DNA of 64,000 nucleotides, taken from IMG/VR virus record IMGVR_UViG_3300033145_000668, positions 31,175-95,174 of that record. One strand, given 5' to 3'. Origin of the DNA: a virus. The translations under genes were made by a program, and so were the position numbers. Below the pieces are notes generated by a model. The model did not search any database. It was given only the letters and a program-made list of their open reading frames with translations, and was not told the origin of the DNA. Of this stretch, positions 29,381-40,123 are shown piece after piece (position 1 is the first letter of the stretch; the number at the start of each line of letters is the position of its first letter).

Positions 29381-29796
29381 TCTAAATCCTCCGAATCAAT
29401 TTCACAATAAGAATTTGGACTCTCATAAACTTTAATTTTATAAGATAATCTATCATCCATTTGTTTTAGAAGTTTTAATATTTCATAACATAAATTCTCT
29501 GCTGTTGAATTTTCATCCATCCAATAAATTGCACCATCTCCGCAAATAAATGTAATCATTCCACCTAACTCTCTATTTTCCTCACAATCTTTTAATATAG
29601 TTTTATGGTCAAAATATTCCTTTAATTTTTTACGATTAGTAAAGTCCCAAAGAATTCCTACATCATCAAAATGCTTATCGTCACCATTTATTTCGAGATG
29701 AACCTCCCACCTATGACCGTGTAAAAAATTACATTTACCATCATATCCAACCAGTCTATGTGCTGCATCAAAATCGAATCTTGTGTTTAATTTCAT
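29377..29796 (-). CDS. queD: 6-carboxytetrahydropterin synthase QueD
   Basis: 'FDAAHRL', 'CNFLHGH', 'FDHK', 'TAENL', 'YES'. Confidence 0.93.
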   Translation of the reverse strand: MKLNTRFDFDAAHRLVGYDGKCNFLHGHRWEVHLEINGDDKHFDDVGILWDFTNRKKLKEYFDHKTILKDCEENRELGGMITFICGDGAIYWMDENSTAENLCYEILKLLKQMDDRLSYKIKVYESPNSYCEIDSEDLE

Positions 29797-29874
29797 TTAT
29801 TGTTTTGTTTATGTTTACTTGTGTTTTAATTTAAAAAAAATAAAAAATAATATATCCAAACTAGTATTAAACAC

Positions 29875-30300
29875 TTAAATACTAATTCTTAATCTTCCGT
29901 TGTTAGTTTTTGGATTAACTTTCTTAATAATTACGACTTCAGTTCCGATTACATTTTTAAATGCATCAACTTTGTACTTAGCAAGGAATTGTGCTGTTTT
30001 TGACTTTTCATGCATACCAACAATCCACTTCCCATCCATCTCTTTAAGATTATAAGTTTCTACATGAGTAATTGCTCTTCCAATTTGCTCAGCTCCAAAT
30101 TCTTCAGTTATTAATTTAATTACTTGTACATCTCGCAACTGTCCTTCTGGTAACGGTTGTCCATCAAGTCCAAATTTTGATGTGCTTTCATCAACATCAC
30201 ATTCTTTAATCTTTACTCTTGTACCGTCCAATTTATCCATTTCTTCTTCCGATGGACCTCCAAATTTAACATACTCTAGGTTATCTACTTTTTCTGACAT
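29875..30300 (-). CDS. Hypothetical protein, possible ssDNA-binding (OB-like) protein
   Basis: Beta-rich, strong GGAGGT RBS, located in the replication module; function is inference only. Confidence 0.35.
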   Translation of the reverse strand: MSEKVDNLEYVKFGGPSEEEMDKLDGTRVKIKECDVDESTSKFGLDGQPLPEGQLRDVQVIKLITEEFGAEQIGRAITHVETYNLKEMDGKWIVGMHEKSKTAQFLAKYKVDAFKNVIGTEVVIIKKVNPKTNNGRLRISI

Positions 30301-30468
30301 TCTACTATACCTCCTTTCATTACGCCTTCTTCGTTTTTTCGGTTACTTATGCAACCTTCTTTTATTCGAAAACTATTATTAATTTTATTTTGTTTTTTCA
30401 TATTTTATTAAATTGTTATTTACTTATAAACACATTTATAGAGTTTTATTTATAATCTATTATATATT

Positions 30469-32700
30469 TTACATTTCATTTGAATCTAGGTAACTATTTC
30501 CTGCCTCGTTTATCATTATCATTGTATTTCTTCCAGATTCAAAAGTTCCTATTAATTCTAAATCTATTAATTGTTTTATCATTTTTGACCTCATATTCGA
30601 TGTCTTTATTTTGAATCTATTTTCTAGTTCATAATGCATTTGCATTTTTGGCATGCTGCCCTTTAATGATAATAATTTTAAGATAGAAAACTTTATTTTT
30701 TTATCTTTATTTTGACTAGTAACTAAAATCTTAATACTATCAATACACTCCATAATAATATTATAACAACTTTTAATCATTTTTTTCTCTATTAGTGTTT
30801 GTTTTCTCCAAACAGCATCCAGCACACATAATTTATATAAATGAACACTTTCTCTTCTAACCATTGAATTTAAAATTTCTTTATCTATTGCCATAAATTC
30901 ACTATAATTTGCTTCAGCTATTTCCCACAAGTCATCAACAAAATTATCACTACCAGCTTCAAATTTAAAATCTTTTTTATTTTCTTCATACCATTTTTTC
31001 ATATCTCTTAATTTTTCTAATAATTTCATAATGTATTTTTCTTTATTAAAACTTTTTTCCGTCTTAGTATTAAATTTAGATTTAACAATATGCTTTCTAA
31101 TTACTTTATGGTCAACGTCTGTTAAATCTTTTAAGTAAAAAATAGCTCTTTGAAACAATCCATTATGTAAAATAGCATTTACAATATTATCCATTTTATA
31201 AGTTGTTAAAACTATTGAAGTATTTGTTGTAACAGGAATACTATAACCGGCAACTCCTTTTTCAATTCTTCTCGACTTATCCATAGCTTGTCTTAAAATA
31301 ATTTGAACGTGTTTATTATGCGCTCCTGGTCTAAAAATACTTTCTGATTCTGACAACGCTAACCAATGAGTATTTTCTAACCAACCTTTTTCAATTGGAT
31401 TTTTATAAGTCTTACTACCATTAATTTGATTTTCTTCTGTTAATCCGTTTTTGGTATTAAATTCTACAGCTACTTGATTTACCGCACCTAATAATGTTCT
31501 ATCTGTAACTTCGGCTGGTCTTTTTGTAATATATTTTAATCGCTCTAATATTTCATTAATTAAATTAACACCCTCATCTTTTCCAGAAGTAGAATATGAA
31601 GAAAAAATTAAATGAACTCTTAAGTCGTCTTGTTTTTCATCTAATATGGTTCCTAATAAATTATAAAAGCAAAGTTCTTTCCAAACAGGTTGTTGAGCAA
31701 TACTATTATCCCAAATCTTATCCCATAATTGTTTAATAGTATAAAAATCAATAATTTCTTCACCGTTATTTAGTTCATACATAACAGGATAATCGTGTTC
31801 AATAGACCACTGAACCATTTCTGATTTATTATATTCTGTTATTTGACCGTCCATTGCTTTATCAACCCAACCCATAAACTCACCTACATTTTTCCCAGGA
31901 CAATTTTCTACTATTTTTTGAGCATAATTTGTAGCTATTTCATCTTTTGTTAAACCGCTTAATACTAATCCAACAGCTAGATTTTTGAACAGCGTGTTGT
32001 TTCTATCTCCGTTTTCTATCATATTATTCATCGCGTATTTTAAATAAGGGTCGTTTAAATGAAAGTCGACTATTATCTTCTTATTTTCTATTTGCTGTAC
32101 TTTTTTATTTTCAATATCTTTTTTACAATATTCAATTATTTCTTCATCAATTAAATTTTTTTCATTTGTGTTTACTGTATCATATAAATATTTTTCTTTT
32201 CCTGTTTTTAAGTGTTTAGAATATTCAAGAGCTAACCATTGATTTTCTTTCGCTAGTTTTTCATCTGTTCTAAAATATGTAATTATATATTTTCTTATTC
32301 TGTTTCTTAAATCTAAATCCAATTTTGCAAAATTGTCAAATAATATAGATATATGATAACCTCTCGAGCCAGTGTCCCAAATTACATAACTCCAATTTTT
32401 TTCAGTTAACTTTGTTTGAATATCATGTATTTTATATTTTTCCTCGACATCTAAAATTATTTCGTTTTTAAAACTTTTTCTTAAATTTATTTCAATTTTT
32501 TCATCTTCTGATAATTCAGAAATAATCTTTTCAGAAATCCATCTATTTTTATGTTTGCATTTTTTACAAACACCATAGGTATCTAAATCGGCTGACTTAC
32601 AACCATTACATACTTTACTATTATACATAACTTTCATTTCAGAATTCTCTTTAAGTATTTTCCTTAAAAAATTCTCTTTAAGTTTTTTATAATTAGTCAT
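30469..32700 (-). CDS. Primase (AEP)-helicase fusion with MCM-like AAA+ and winged-helix C-terminus
   Basis: AEP 'ILDVE', 'TGSRGYH', 'HLKTG'; PriCT-like 'GDRNNTLF'; 'STSGKD', 'LRQAMD', 'GLFQR'. Confidence 0.7.
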   Translation of the reverse strand: MTNYKKLKENFLRKILKENSEMKVMYNSKVCNGCKSADLDTYGVCKKCKHKNRWISEKIISELSEDEKIEINLRKSFKNEIILDVEEKYKIHDIQTKLTEKNWSYVIWDTGSRGYHISILFDNFAKLDLDLRNRIRKYIITYFRTDEKLAKENQWLALEYSKHLKTGKEKYLYDTVNTNEKNLIDEEIIEYCKKDIENKKVQQIENKKIIVDFHLNDPYLKYAMNNMIENGDRNNTLFKNLAVGLVLSGLTKDEIATNYAQKIVENCPGKNVGEFMGWVDKAMDGQITEYNKSEMVQWSIEHDYPVMYELNNGEEIIDFYTIKQLWDKIWDNSIAQQPVWKELCFYNLLGTILDEKQDDLRVHLIFSSYSTSGKDEGVNLINEILERLKYITKRPAEVTDRTLLGAVNQVAVEFNTKNGLTEENQINGSKTYKNPIEKGWLENTHWLALSESESIFRPGAHNKHVQIILRQAMDKSRRIEKGVAGYSIPVTTNTSIVLTTYKMDNIVNAILHNGLFQRAIFYLKDLTDVDHKVIRKHIVKSKFNTKTEKSFNKEKYIMKLLEKLRDMKKWYEENKKDFKFEAGSDNFVDDLWEIAEANYSEFMAIDKEILNSMVRRESVHLYKLCVLDAVWRKQTLIEKKMIKSCYNIIMECIDSIKILVTSQNKDKKIKFSILKLLSLKGSMPKMQMHYELENRFKIKTSNMRSKMIKQLIDLELIGTFESGRNTMIMINEAGNSYLDSNEM

Positions 32701-32893
32701 CCTCTTTTATTTCTAATCGTTTAATTGAACTCCTAAGAAATGGAGTTGGAATTGAGTCCGATAATATTGTTAGAAATACATGCGTTTCATCATAATCAAT
32801 AAAAATTCCATCTCGTGGTCGAATTTTATTACCGTCTATTACATATAACCTTACTTTTTTATTTTTATATAAATCCCAAATTTTTTCCTTCAT
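32693..32893 (-). CDS. Sm/Lsm-like protein
   Basis: 'NKKVRL...G.FIDYDETHVFL...FLRSSIKRLE' fits the Sm1/Sm2 pattern. Confidence 0.5.
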   Translation of the reverse strand: MKEKIWDLYKNKKVRLYVIDGNKIRPRDGIFIDYDETHVFLTILSDSIPTPFLRSSIKRLEIKEDD

Positions 32894-33146
32894 TTAATCC
32901 TTTTACTCCTTTTAAAATGATATAAATTAGAAACAATAATTAGTTTTAAACATATTTATAAAGAATTATATATAATTTATTGTATTTATCTACTACTTTC
33001 GCTTTTTTTGTATAATATCGCACTCACAAAATTTACAAAGCTCTATTGATAGATATTTTTTATAATTAACTCCTTTCGGAATTTTATAATATTTCTCTTT
33101 ATCGCAGTTTTCGCATCTAACTTTTTTACTATAGAATTCTGTCATT

Positions 33147-33428
33147 TTATAAATATCTTATTAAAATGTCATTAAAACTTTCTTTAGATATTGAACCACT
33201 AAATCGTTCGAGTTCCACGCCATCATCTAAAAGAAGAAACGTTGGAAGAGACATAACATTATATTTTTTAGCTATAGATTCTTCTTTTTCAACATTAATT
33301 TTAACAAATTTTATTTTATTTTTAAATTTTCTACTTAAACTATCAACAATTGGAGACATTAATTTACAAGGTGCACACCAATCAGCATAGAAATCGATTA
33401 CAACAAGTATGTTATCTAAATTTTTCAT
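33147..33428 (-). CDS. trxA: Thioredoxin
   Basis: 'DFYADWCAPC', 'SLPT'. Confidence 0.93.
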   Translation of the reverse strand: MKNLDNILVVIDFYADWCAPCKLMSPIVDSLSRKFKNKIKFVKINVEKEESIAKKYNVMSLPTFLLLDDGVELERFSGSISKESFNDILIRYL

Positions 33429-34249
33429 TATTGTAAAGCAACATTAATTTTATGTTTACTACCATCTAAAGTTAATAATGGAGAACCTTGTCTTGCAGGT
33501 TCCATAGATTTTATATGAGCATAAGAATTCCAATATTTTAAATAAGCTCCAGTTAATATAAAGTGTTTTGACTTTCTATCAATAGTTTTACTTCTTTTAT
33601 TTATTCCGTAACATTCTCGTACATGATGACTTAATTGATGTAAGTGTCCCATTGCATAAATTTCAACGTCGTCGATAATTTTTTCTAAATCTAATACACC
33701 TTTAATTTTAGTATGAGCCATTCTCGCTCCACTTGCACCATGAGTAGTATAAAGCGAATACGATTCTTTTCCTACTCTAAAAGAAATAGGTTTTGCAACG
33801 CCTAAATATTTACCTTTAATTTGTCTGCACATGTGTCTCATAATATTTACTCCATCATCTTTAAATACTCTCGCTTCGTGATTTCCAACATGTGCTCCAA
33901 GAAATAATCCTTCTTTAACAAACGGTTCATAAATAGCCATCCAATCTGACATTTGTTTATCTAAAATATCTTCTTGTTCATAAACACCAGAACCAACAGA
34001 CCCTCTAGTTGCGCTTTCAACACCGTCACCCATATGTAAAATATGTATTTTATTATTATAAGCCCATTCAAGATTATTCATTAATTTTTCTCTATTATGT
34101 TGAGCGTTTCCAATATGCTCATCACCAACCAGAAAAATTTGTAATTGGTCTAAATCAAATTTTTTGTAAAAAAGAGTTGGATTTTCTTCTTCATATCGTA
34201 AGTTTTTTTCTGTTTCTAATTTATTTCTTACATTATCTTTATAACTCAT
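33428..34249 (-). CDS. Calcineurin-like metallophosphoesterase
   Basis: GDEH, GD, GNHE, HG, GHLH motifs. Confidence 0.88.
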   Translation of the reverse strand: MSYKDNVRNKLETEKNLRYEEENPTLFYKKFDLDQLQIFLVGDEHIGNAQHNREKLMNNLEWAYNNKIHILHMGDGVESATRGSVGSGVYEQEDILDKQMSDWMAIYEPFVKEGLFLGAHVGNHEARVFKDDGVNIMRHMCRQIKGKYLGVAKPISFRVGKESYSLYTTHGASGARMAHTKIKGVLDLEKIIDDVEIYAMGHLHQLSHHVRECYGINKRSKTIDRKSKHFILTGAYLKYWNSYAHIKSMEPARQGSPLLTLDGSKHKINVALQ

Positions 34250-34312
34250 TTTGATGTATTATACTTAAGTTATTTCTGTTTAAAAATGTTTAAATAACAC
34301 CTATATAGATAA

Positions 34313-34651
34313 TCAATAATTATTATTTTTAAGATGTTCGTGAAGATAACCCATGCAATTAAACATCAATCCACAAATGGCTTCTTCGATTCCTTCTCTT
34401 GATTTTATTCCTCTATGCTCTTCCCACCAATCAAAAAAGTGTCTAAATCCAGATTTCATATATTCTTCTTTCGGCATTCCCTTTTGCCAATTATCCGAGC
34501 TTCTTATTGTCCCGTCCTTTTGAAATCTATTTTTGTGCATATATTCAGCAAATCGTTTTAGAACTATTGGACTCAGGAAACCCTCGAAGTCTAATTTATC
34601 TTCATCGGTGTCTCGAGTTGCTCCGCTGGCGAACTTTCTTACTTTTGTCAT
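34313..34651 (-). CDS. dATP/dGTP diphosphohydrolase-like (DUF5664-like) protein
   Basis: 'F.SGATRD', 'LSPIVLKRFAEYM', 'NWQKGMP', 'RH', 'FN'. Confidence 0.65.
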   Translation of the reverse strand: MTKVRKFASGATRDTDEDKLDFEGFLSPIVLKRFAEYMHKNRFQKDGTIRSSDNWQKGMPKEEYMKSGFRHFFDWWEEHRGIKSREGIEEAICGLMFNCMGYLHEHLKNNNY

Positions 34652-35280
34652 TGTTTGTGCCTAGGTCCTTCAGAGAACCAATCGAACATATCTCTTCGAA
34701 GTTTAGCCATTCGTCCATCTGGATGGGTAAATACTATTCCTTCAACAAAATGTTCTGTTTCGTTTTCTTCTGTTTTTCCGTGTATTCTTAAATTATATAA
34801 TGGCATTAATTCTCTAAACCATTCTCTTATAGATTCAAATGTTTTTGGATACTTACCCCAACATTTATACATAAGATGGTTTTGTCCATAAGTTTCAAAT
34901 GGTATCCATATATGTTCATCTAAGTTATAAGGATTACCATTAATTTTTGGGCCAATACACTCGCCAAAATGTTGGCCATCTCCTAAAAATTCAGTATAAC
35001 CTTTTGAATAAGAATTCATAATTCCTATAATTATATGTTGTTTACCTTTATTAAAAAACGGTATTCTTTCTGTTCTGTTCCACACAGCTGTGATTACTCC
35101 ATCTGTTATATTTATAGAAACATTAGTACCATGTAATTTTTCAACTGCCATTACCGACTCGTCTTCAAACACCCACTCCATATCTTCTGCTATTTCATCT
35201 GTAACTATGTAGTGTCCATCTATTTCTTTTCTCACAAATGGTGAATATAATTTTGGCATGTCTTTTATTTTATCTATCAT
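34648..35280 (-). CDS. ATP-dependent RNA ligase (Rnl2-like nucleotidyltransferase domain)
   Basis: Motif I 'EKLHGTN', 'FGECIG', motif IV 'EGIVF', motif V 'AKLR'. Confidence 0.75.
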   Translation of the reverse strand: MIDKIKDMPKLYSPFVRKEIDGHYIVTDEIAEDMEWVFEDESVMAVEKLHGTNVSINITDGVITAVWNRTERIPFFNKGKQHIIIGIMNSYSKGYTEFLGDGQHFGECIGPKINGNPYNLDEHIWIPFETYGQNHLMYKCWGKYPKTFESIREWFRELMPLYNLRIHGKTEENETEHFVEGIVFTHPDGRMAKLRRDMFDWFSEGPRHKQ

Positions 35281-35320
35281 TTTATTTTATAGCATTTATG
35301 GTTTATAAATGTATTTATAA

Positions 35321-35818
35321 TTAATTATATATAAATTCTTTATATTTAACAATAATTTTCCTACCTTGCCTTTCTTTTGATGCAATTAGTATTTTTGAAA
35401 ATACTCGGTTGTCTAAATACCACTTACATTTCTTTCGCTCAGTTTTATTTAGGTAGCTGTTGATTTTTGATTCTACTCCGATTACTTCGCACACTTCGAC
35501 ATAAATACCATCTTCATTTTTCATAGATTTATATGGTTTATATGTTCGTTTAAATGCAATAAAATCAGGAAAGCCAGTTCCTATCGCCATTACTTTATTA
35601 AAAGGATTAAACTTTCTTTTTGCTGGGATTATTTTTATTTCTCCAGAAAAGTTTCCTTCGTCGTTATCAAATTTAACACATTCTAAATTATTACTCCACT
35701 TATCCACAATCCACCCATTCGCCTCGAGGTCTTTCCTCACCTTTAACTCAAATACAGCGCCTGCTGCTTTATTCTTTTTACCTTGCTTTACTTTTTTTGG
35801 GTCTTTTATTTTTTCCAT
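35321..35818 (-). CDS. Holliday junction resolvase (Hjc-like PD-(D/E)XK)
   Basis: 'GAVFELKVRKDLE..GW', 'PDFIA', 'GVESK'. Confidence 0.75.
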   Translation of the reverse strand: MEKIKDPKKVKQGKKNKAAGAVFELKVRKDLEANGWIVDKWSNNLECVKFDNDEGNFSGEIKIIPAKRKFNPFNKVMAIGTGFPDFIAFKRTYKPYKSMKNEDGIYVEVCEVIGVESKINSYLNKTERKKCKWYLDNRVFSKILIASKERQGRKIIVKYKEFIYN

Positions 35819-35914
35819 TTTCTGACATTAATTTTAAAAATTTTGGTCCTAACCAAATCAAACCTAATATTAATCCTATTTTTATGAATTTATCAAACAT
35901 AGTTTCTTTCTTTT

Positions 35915-38489
35915 TCATTTTACTTTATCAGATACACAAACTTTAATTCCAAATATTTCCATAATTTCTTTATTTTCTATTTTATTATTAGTTTCTACAA
36001 TGAAATCATTCATCCATCTCATACCTTTTTCTTTGAGTTTAATTTCTTGGGCTCCTAAATCATTTCCTGTTATTATTTGATAATCGTCCTCATATAAAAT
36101 TCTAAGTGGCTCTAATCTTAGATAAGCCATTGCTTGTTGTACATCGGCAATGGTTAAAATGTTATTCATTTTCTATATCTGTACCGTGTTCTTCTTTTAG
36201 ATGTTTAATTAAATCTACCCAAGTTTTTCCATAATCATGACTTACGCAAAGAACTCTATTTATATGTTTATATATTCTTCTTGAATATGCCATTACTCTT
36301 TCTTCGCTTTCTTTATTTTATCTTCAAACATTTCATCTATTACTTTAACCATTTCAGTTAAGTCTGTTCCGTCTGGAGCGTTTCTTGCAATCATTCCTAT
36401 TGACATCCAAAATGTTTTTTGTAAGTTTTTTATTTCTTCTTTTGTTTCATCCATTGGTTTTATCCTCCCTTTCAATCTTTTCACATGAACCCCATTGTAA
36501 TTCTTTAAAAATAGCAATGTTTTCTTTTCCAAATTCTTGAATTATAGTGTCTTCGATTATTACTGTATTATATTCGCCACAATGTTCACAAGGGTCTTTC
36601 ATTAATATTTTACCATCGTGTAAAAATTCACAACCTATTGTTAATGCACTCATTGCACATTCTCCTAATTTGGTTTGTGAAATAGTATCTTTTCCACAAT
36701 TTGGACATTTGTAAATAAAGTTGTCATACATTCCCATTATTCTTTTACCTCATTTTGTAACCAATATAATACATCATAATCTGCACTAATATTTGTCATT
36801 ATTTCAGTTTTTTCTTCAACATCATACGTTGGAACATTTAGATGTTTAAACATTTCATAATCTTTTGGTTCTAAATCATTGCATATTATATCTGTTGCAT
36901 TGCTTGCTAATTTACAAACAAATTTAAATGCATTTCGTTCGTCTTCAGATTCTAAAATCATTCTTCTTTCACCTCTGTTAATTTATTAGAACAATAAGGA
37001 CAATAACTAAATGATTTTTTTAATCCTTTTGAATAACCTCTAACAACTTGCATTGTTAATGTTGATGATAATATAGGAATATTTTCTTGCCAATCTTGGC
37101 ATTTGCATTCTCTTTGTGTCATTTTATTTTTCATTACCAAAACACCCACCCTAGCGACCACCATATCAAAATGAATTGTATTATATAAGCAAATATAGCA
37201 GTAAAAATATTATGTTTACCAGCATCTTCGCCATGTTTATTTGCTATAAATAATAAACTAACGAATGATACTATATATAAAATTATTAATCCCCAAATCA
37301 TTTTATAAAACTCAAAAGGACTTCTTTTTCTATTTGCTTAATTACTTTAAAATTATCTTTATTTTTAAGACTTATTTGAGGTCGTGGTTTTACTACTCCA
37401 AACATACTATAAACTATATCTTCGAATTCAACAAACTCTTGTTCAACGCAACAAATAGTTAATTCTTTCCAAACATAATAATCATCGTGTTCAATTCTTT
37501 TTAATTCAATTATATCTTCAGGAGAATTTTTAAATGAACCTCTACTATATCCATCTTCTAAATCAAGACCAGTGCAATCACATTTACAAAAATCCATTTG
37601 GTGAGTTAGTTTGCTATTTGATATTTGGATGCTATTACAAAGTGCGCATTTCCATATTATTATTGTCATTTTATATTACTATGTATTCTATATCAATTTC
37701 TGGTAATTCAGAAACTTCTAAGTTTAAATTTATTTGTTTTATTCCTTCTATTTTATATCCGTGTTTTTTCAATACTTCTAAGATATCTTGTTCGAATTTA
37801 GTTTTATCCATTTTATATTACTCCAAAATACATCATTACTTTAATTACTACCCAACCTGAGAATAATAGTATTGATGTACTTATTACTATTCCAAAAGCC
37901 CACATTGCTTTAAATTGCCAAGGTAATTCTTTAAAAAAGTTATCCATTTTAAACTACGAATGCCAACCCCTTTACTATCAAATGAAATATAACATATAAC
38001 CACGACAATAAACCATGTAAAATAACCCATAAAATATTATTACCATTTACATAAGAAATAATTACAGCTATTAAGCTACCTAAACCAAGTCCACCTGTTC
38101 CTATATTTACTTTTGTATCACTCATTTTTTTCCTCCAATAATTCTGGACTATCGAAAGTATAACTCACATTTGTTGTAATTTCATATTCACAATCACATT
38201 CGTCGCAATAAATTGAATGTTGCCCATCGCAATAAATATCTCCGCTTTCTCCATCGTAAGGGTTTTGAGTATGTCCACACTTTGGACATCTAACTAAATT
38301 CTCGTGATTTATTTCTTCTTTATCTGTTAATCTGGTACATGAATAACATAATCTTTTTTCTCCTTTACCTAATCCAATAAATTGTTTACAGTTATCATTA
38401 CTGCATCTTTCTCCTATATCTATTTCTGCTTGATTGTATGCATCCCAATCTGTTCTTCCATCTTTTTTAAAATCGTTTATATTTGTCAT
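35915..38489 (-). other. Array of small hypothetical ORFs, several with Zn-ribbon Cys pairs (35915-36169, 36447-36737, 36737-36961, 36958-37164, 37298-37669, 38118-38489 and smaller)
   Basis: Abutting minus-strand ORFs with GGAG/GAGGT RBS and CxxC motifs. Confidence 0.55.
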
Positions 38490-38662
38490 TTTATTATCTC
38501 TTACTGAAAATTAGTTCCATTCCATCTTCATCAGCATTAACCATTAGTTTACAATCGATGTCTAATGTTTCGAATGCTTCATTTAATTTTTCTATTTCAT
38601 CTAAATTGAATTCTTCACCTCTTCCTTGATACAATGATACTGTTTGTTTTATTTCTACCATT

Positions 38663-39142
38663 TTAATTATTATTAAATTCTATTTTAAATTGTTCTTCAG
38701 ACATAAATTTTTTATGTAATTTAATATATTTTTGTGTTTCTTCTTCCATATCTTGATAATTAAAATATAATGTTTTATGTAATTTTGTTCTTAAACAAAT
38801 TATTTTTTCCGGACAATGAATATTATCATTATTTAGTAAATCAAAATAAATTTCGTCATATAAAATTACATCTGGAACATTTCTAATTAATTCATCTTTT
38901 AATATATATTTTAATAAATGAATTGATTCATTTTCTAATTCTTTTATTAATCTTTCATAAAAAAGTTTTTTCATACCTTCAGTTGGAGCCTTATATAATA
39001 TCCTGTTATGATTTTTTAATTCTTCTATGGCTATATAGACAAGTAATTCTGTTTTACCACACTGTCTTGGACAATCAGCCCAGACTTTATTATTAATTTT
39101 ATATTCTATATATATTTGTGTTTGTATATTATTTAGTTTCAT
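38663..39142 (-). CDS. Stand-alone truncated terminase-large-subunit-like ATPase domain
   Basis: 'CPRQCGKT' Walker A, 'YKAPT', 'VILYDE' Walker B, ends 'MSEEQFKIEF'; no nuclease domain. Confidence 0.55.
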   Translation of the reverse strand: MKLNNIQTQIYIEYKINNKVWADCPRQCGKTELLVYIAIEELKNHNRILYKAPTEGMKKLFYERLIKELENESIHLLKYILKDELIRNVPDVILYDEIYFDLLNNDNIHCPEKIICLRTKLHKTLYFNYQDMEEETQKYIKLHKKFMSEEQFKIEFNNN

Positions 39143-39143
39143 T

Positions 39144-39500
39144 TTATTGAATATTATAATTATCAATACCATTTTGTATGTTGATAATATTCATACTATT
39201 TTTAATATGATATTCCCTTAATATAAATCTTAAATCTATTTTATCTATTAAAATTTCTTTATCTTTTTCTATAATAGTTTTTTCATAATCATTAATAGAA
39301 TTTACTTTTTCTACAGAAAGAGTTCTTCTTTTTTCAATATTAGATAATTCAAGTTCTTTGGATTTTTTATATTCCAATTCTAATAGAAATGTTTCTATAG
39401 CAATTAATTTTTCATATTCTTTTTTTAATTCTTCTATTTTAAATTCTTTTTCCAAAATTTCAAGTTCTTTTTCTTTTATTTTTATATTTAGTTTTTTCAT
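39144..39500 (-). CDS. Coiled-coil hypothetical protein
   Basis: K/E-rich ORF. Confidence 0.45.
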   Translation of the reverse strand: MKKLNIKIKEKELEILEKEFKIEELKKEYEKLIAIETFLLELEYKKSKELELSNIEKRRTLSVEKVNSINDYEKTIIEKDKEILIDKIDLRFILREYHIKNSMNIINIQNGIDNYNIQ

Positions 39501-39504
39501 TTTG

Positions 39505-39690
39505 TTTGAGTAGGCCCCAGGAACGAGTATTGCTACTGATTACCCGTTCTGCCCTTCCGGTGAGAGCTCGACGGCATTTCCTGAATATGATTAGTGAATA
39601 CGTGTACTAAATCTTGAATCGACGTGCCACACGACTTAAACCTTTGCTCCAAGTTTGAAAGGTCCAAGCCGAACGGGACGTCGGGATTTG
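39505..39690 (-). ncRNA. Structured RNA A (overlaps the 3' end of ORF 39533-40123)
   Basis: GC-rich island; minus-strand stems with G-U pairs (GGCUUGGACCUU/AAGGUUUAAGUC; GAACGGGUA/UACUCGUUC); shares an 18/19-nt linker with RNA B. Confidence 0.55.
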
Positions 39691-40123
39691 GTTGAATATT
39701 TGGTTGAATATTTGGTTTTTTATTATCTGGTACGTTAAATATCTGACATATTTCGTCCACCATTTTAACAAAATCTATTGGTATATCTGACATTAAATCT
39801 TTTAATCGATGAGCATTATCAGCGTGATTATCCACATCCACAGGTATATGCTCTTCTTTATTTTCTTCCCCTGTTTTGCTTCGGGTCTCCAGATAATTAC
39901 TAGTTTGAGCCTCGCAATTATCCTTTTTTCGCTGATTATTAATTTCAATTCTTTCTAATGGCTTTCCATCTAATGTTACCATTTTAGAGTTTATTATTAT
40001 ATCCATTTTTAACATTTCTAATATATTAATCATTTGACCATAATTTAATTTAGAGTCTTTTAATGTGTTTGATATTTTATCTGATACTATGTTTAGTTCT
40101 TTAATTGATTCTTGTTTATTCAT
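39533..40123 (-). CDS. Hypothetical protein with in-frame PNIQ repeat
   Basis: ORF track; the C-terminus runs into structured RNA A. Confidence 0.45.
   Translation of the reverse strand: MNKQESIKELNIVSDKISNTLKDSKLNYGQMINILEMLKMDIIINSKMVTLDGKPLERIEINNQRKKDNCEAQTSNYLETRSKTGEENKEEHIPVDVDNHADNAHRLKDLMSDIPIDFVKMVDEICQIFNVPDNKKPNIQPNIQPNPDVPFGLDLSNLEQRFKSCGTSIQDLVHVFTNHIQEMPSSSHRKGRTGNQ

Noticed and set aside
25441-29796. tRNA queuosine/archaeosine pathway
   Set aside because: No QueC, QueF, QueA or ArcS; the TGT-like protein is short, lacks the Zn site and PUA domain, and is coupled to polB, which favours DNA as target
34313-34651. dZ (2-aminoadenine) genome system
   Set aside because: No PurZ in the window; a DUF5664-like gene alone is insufficient
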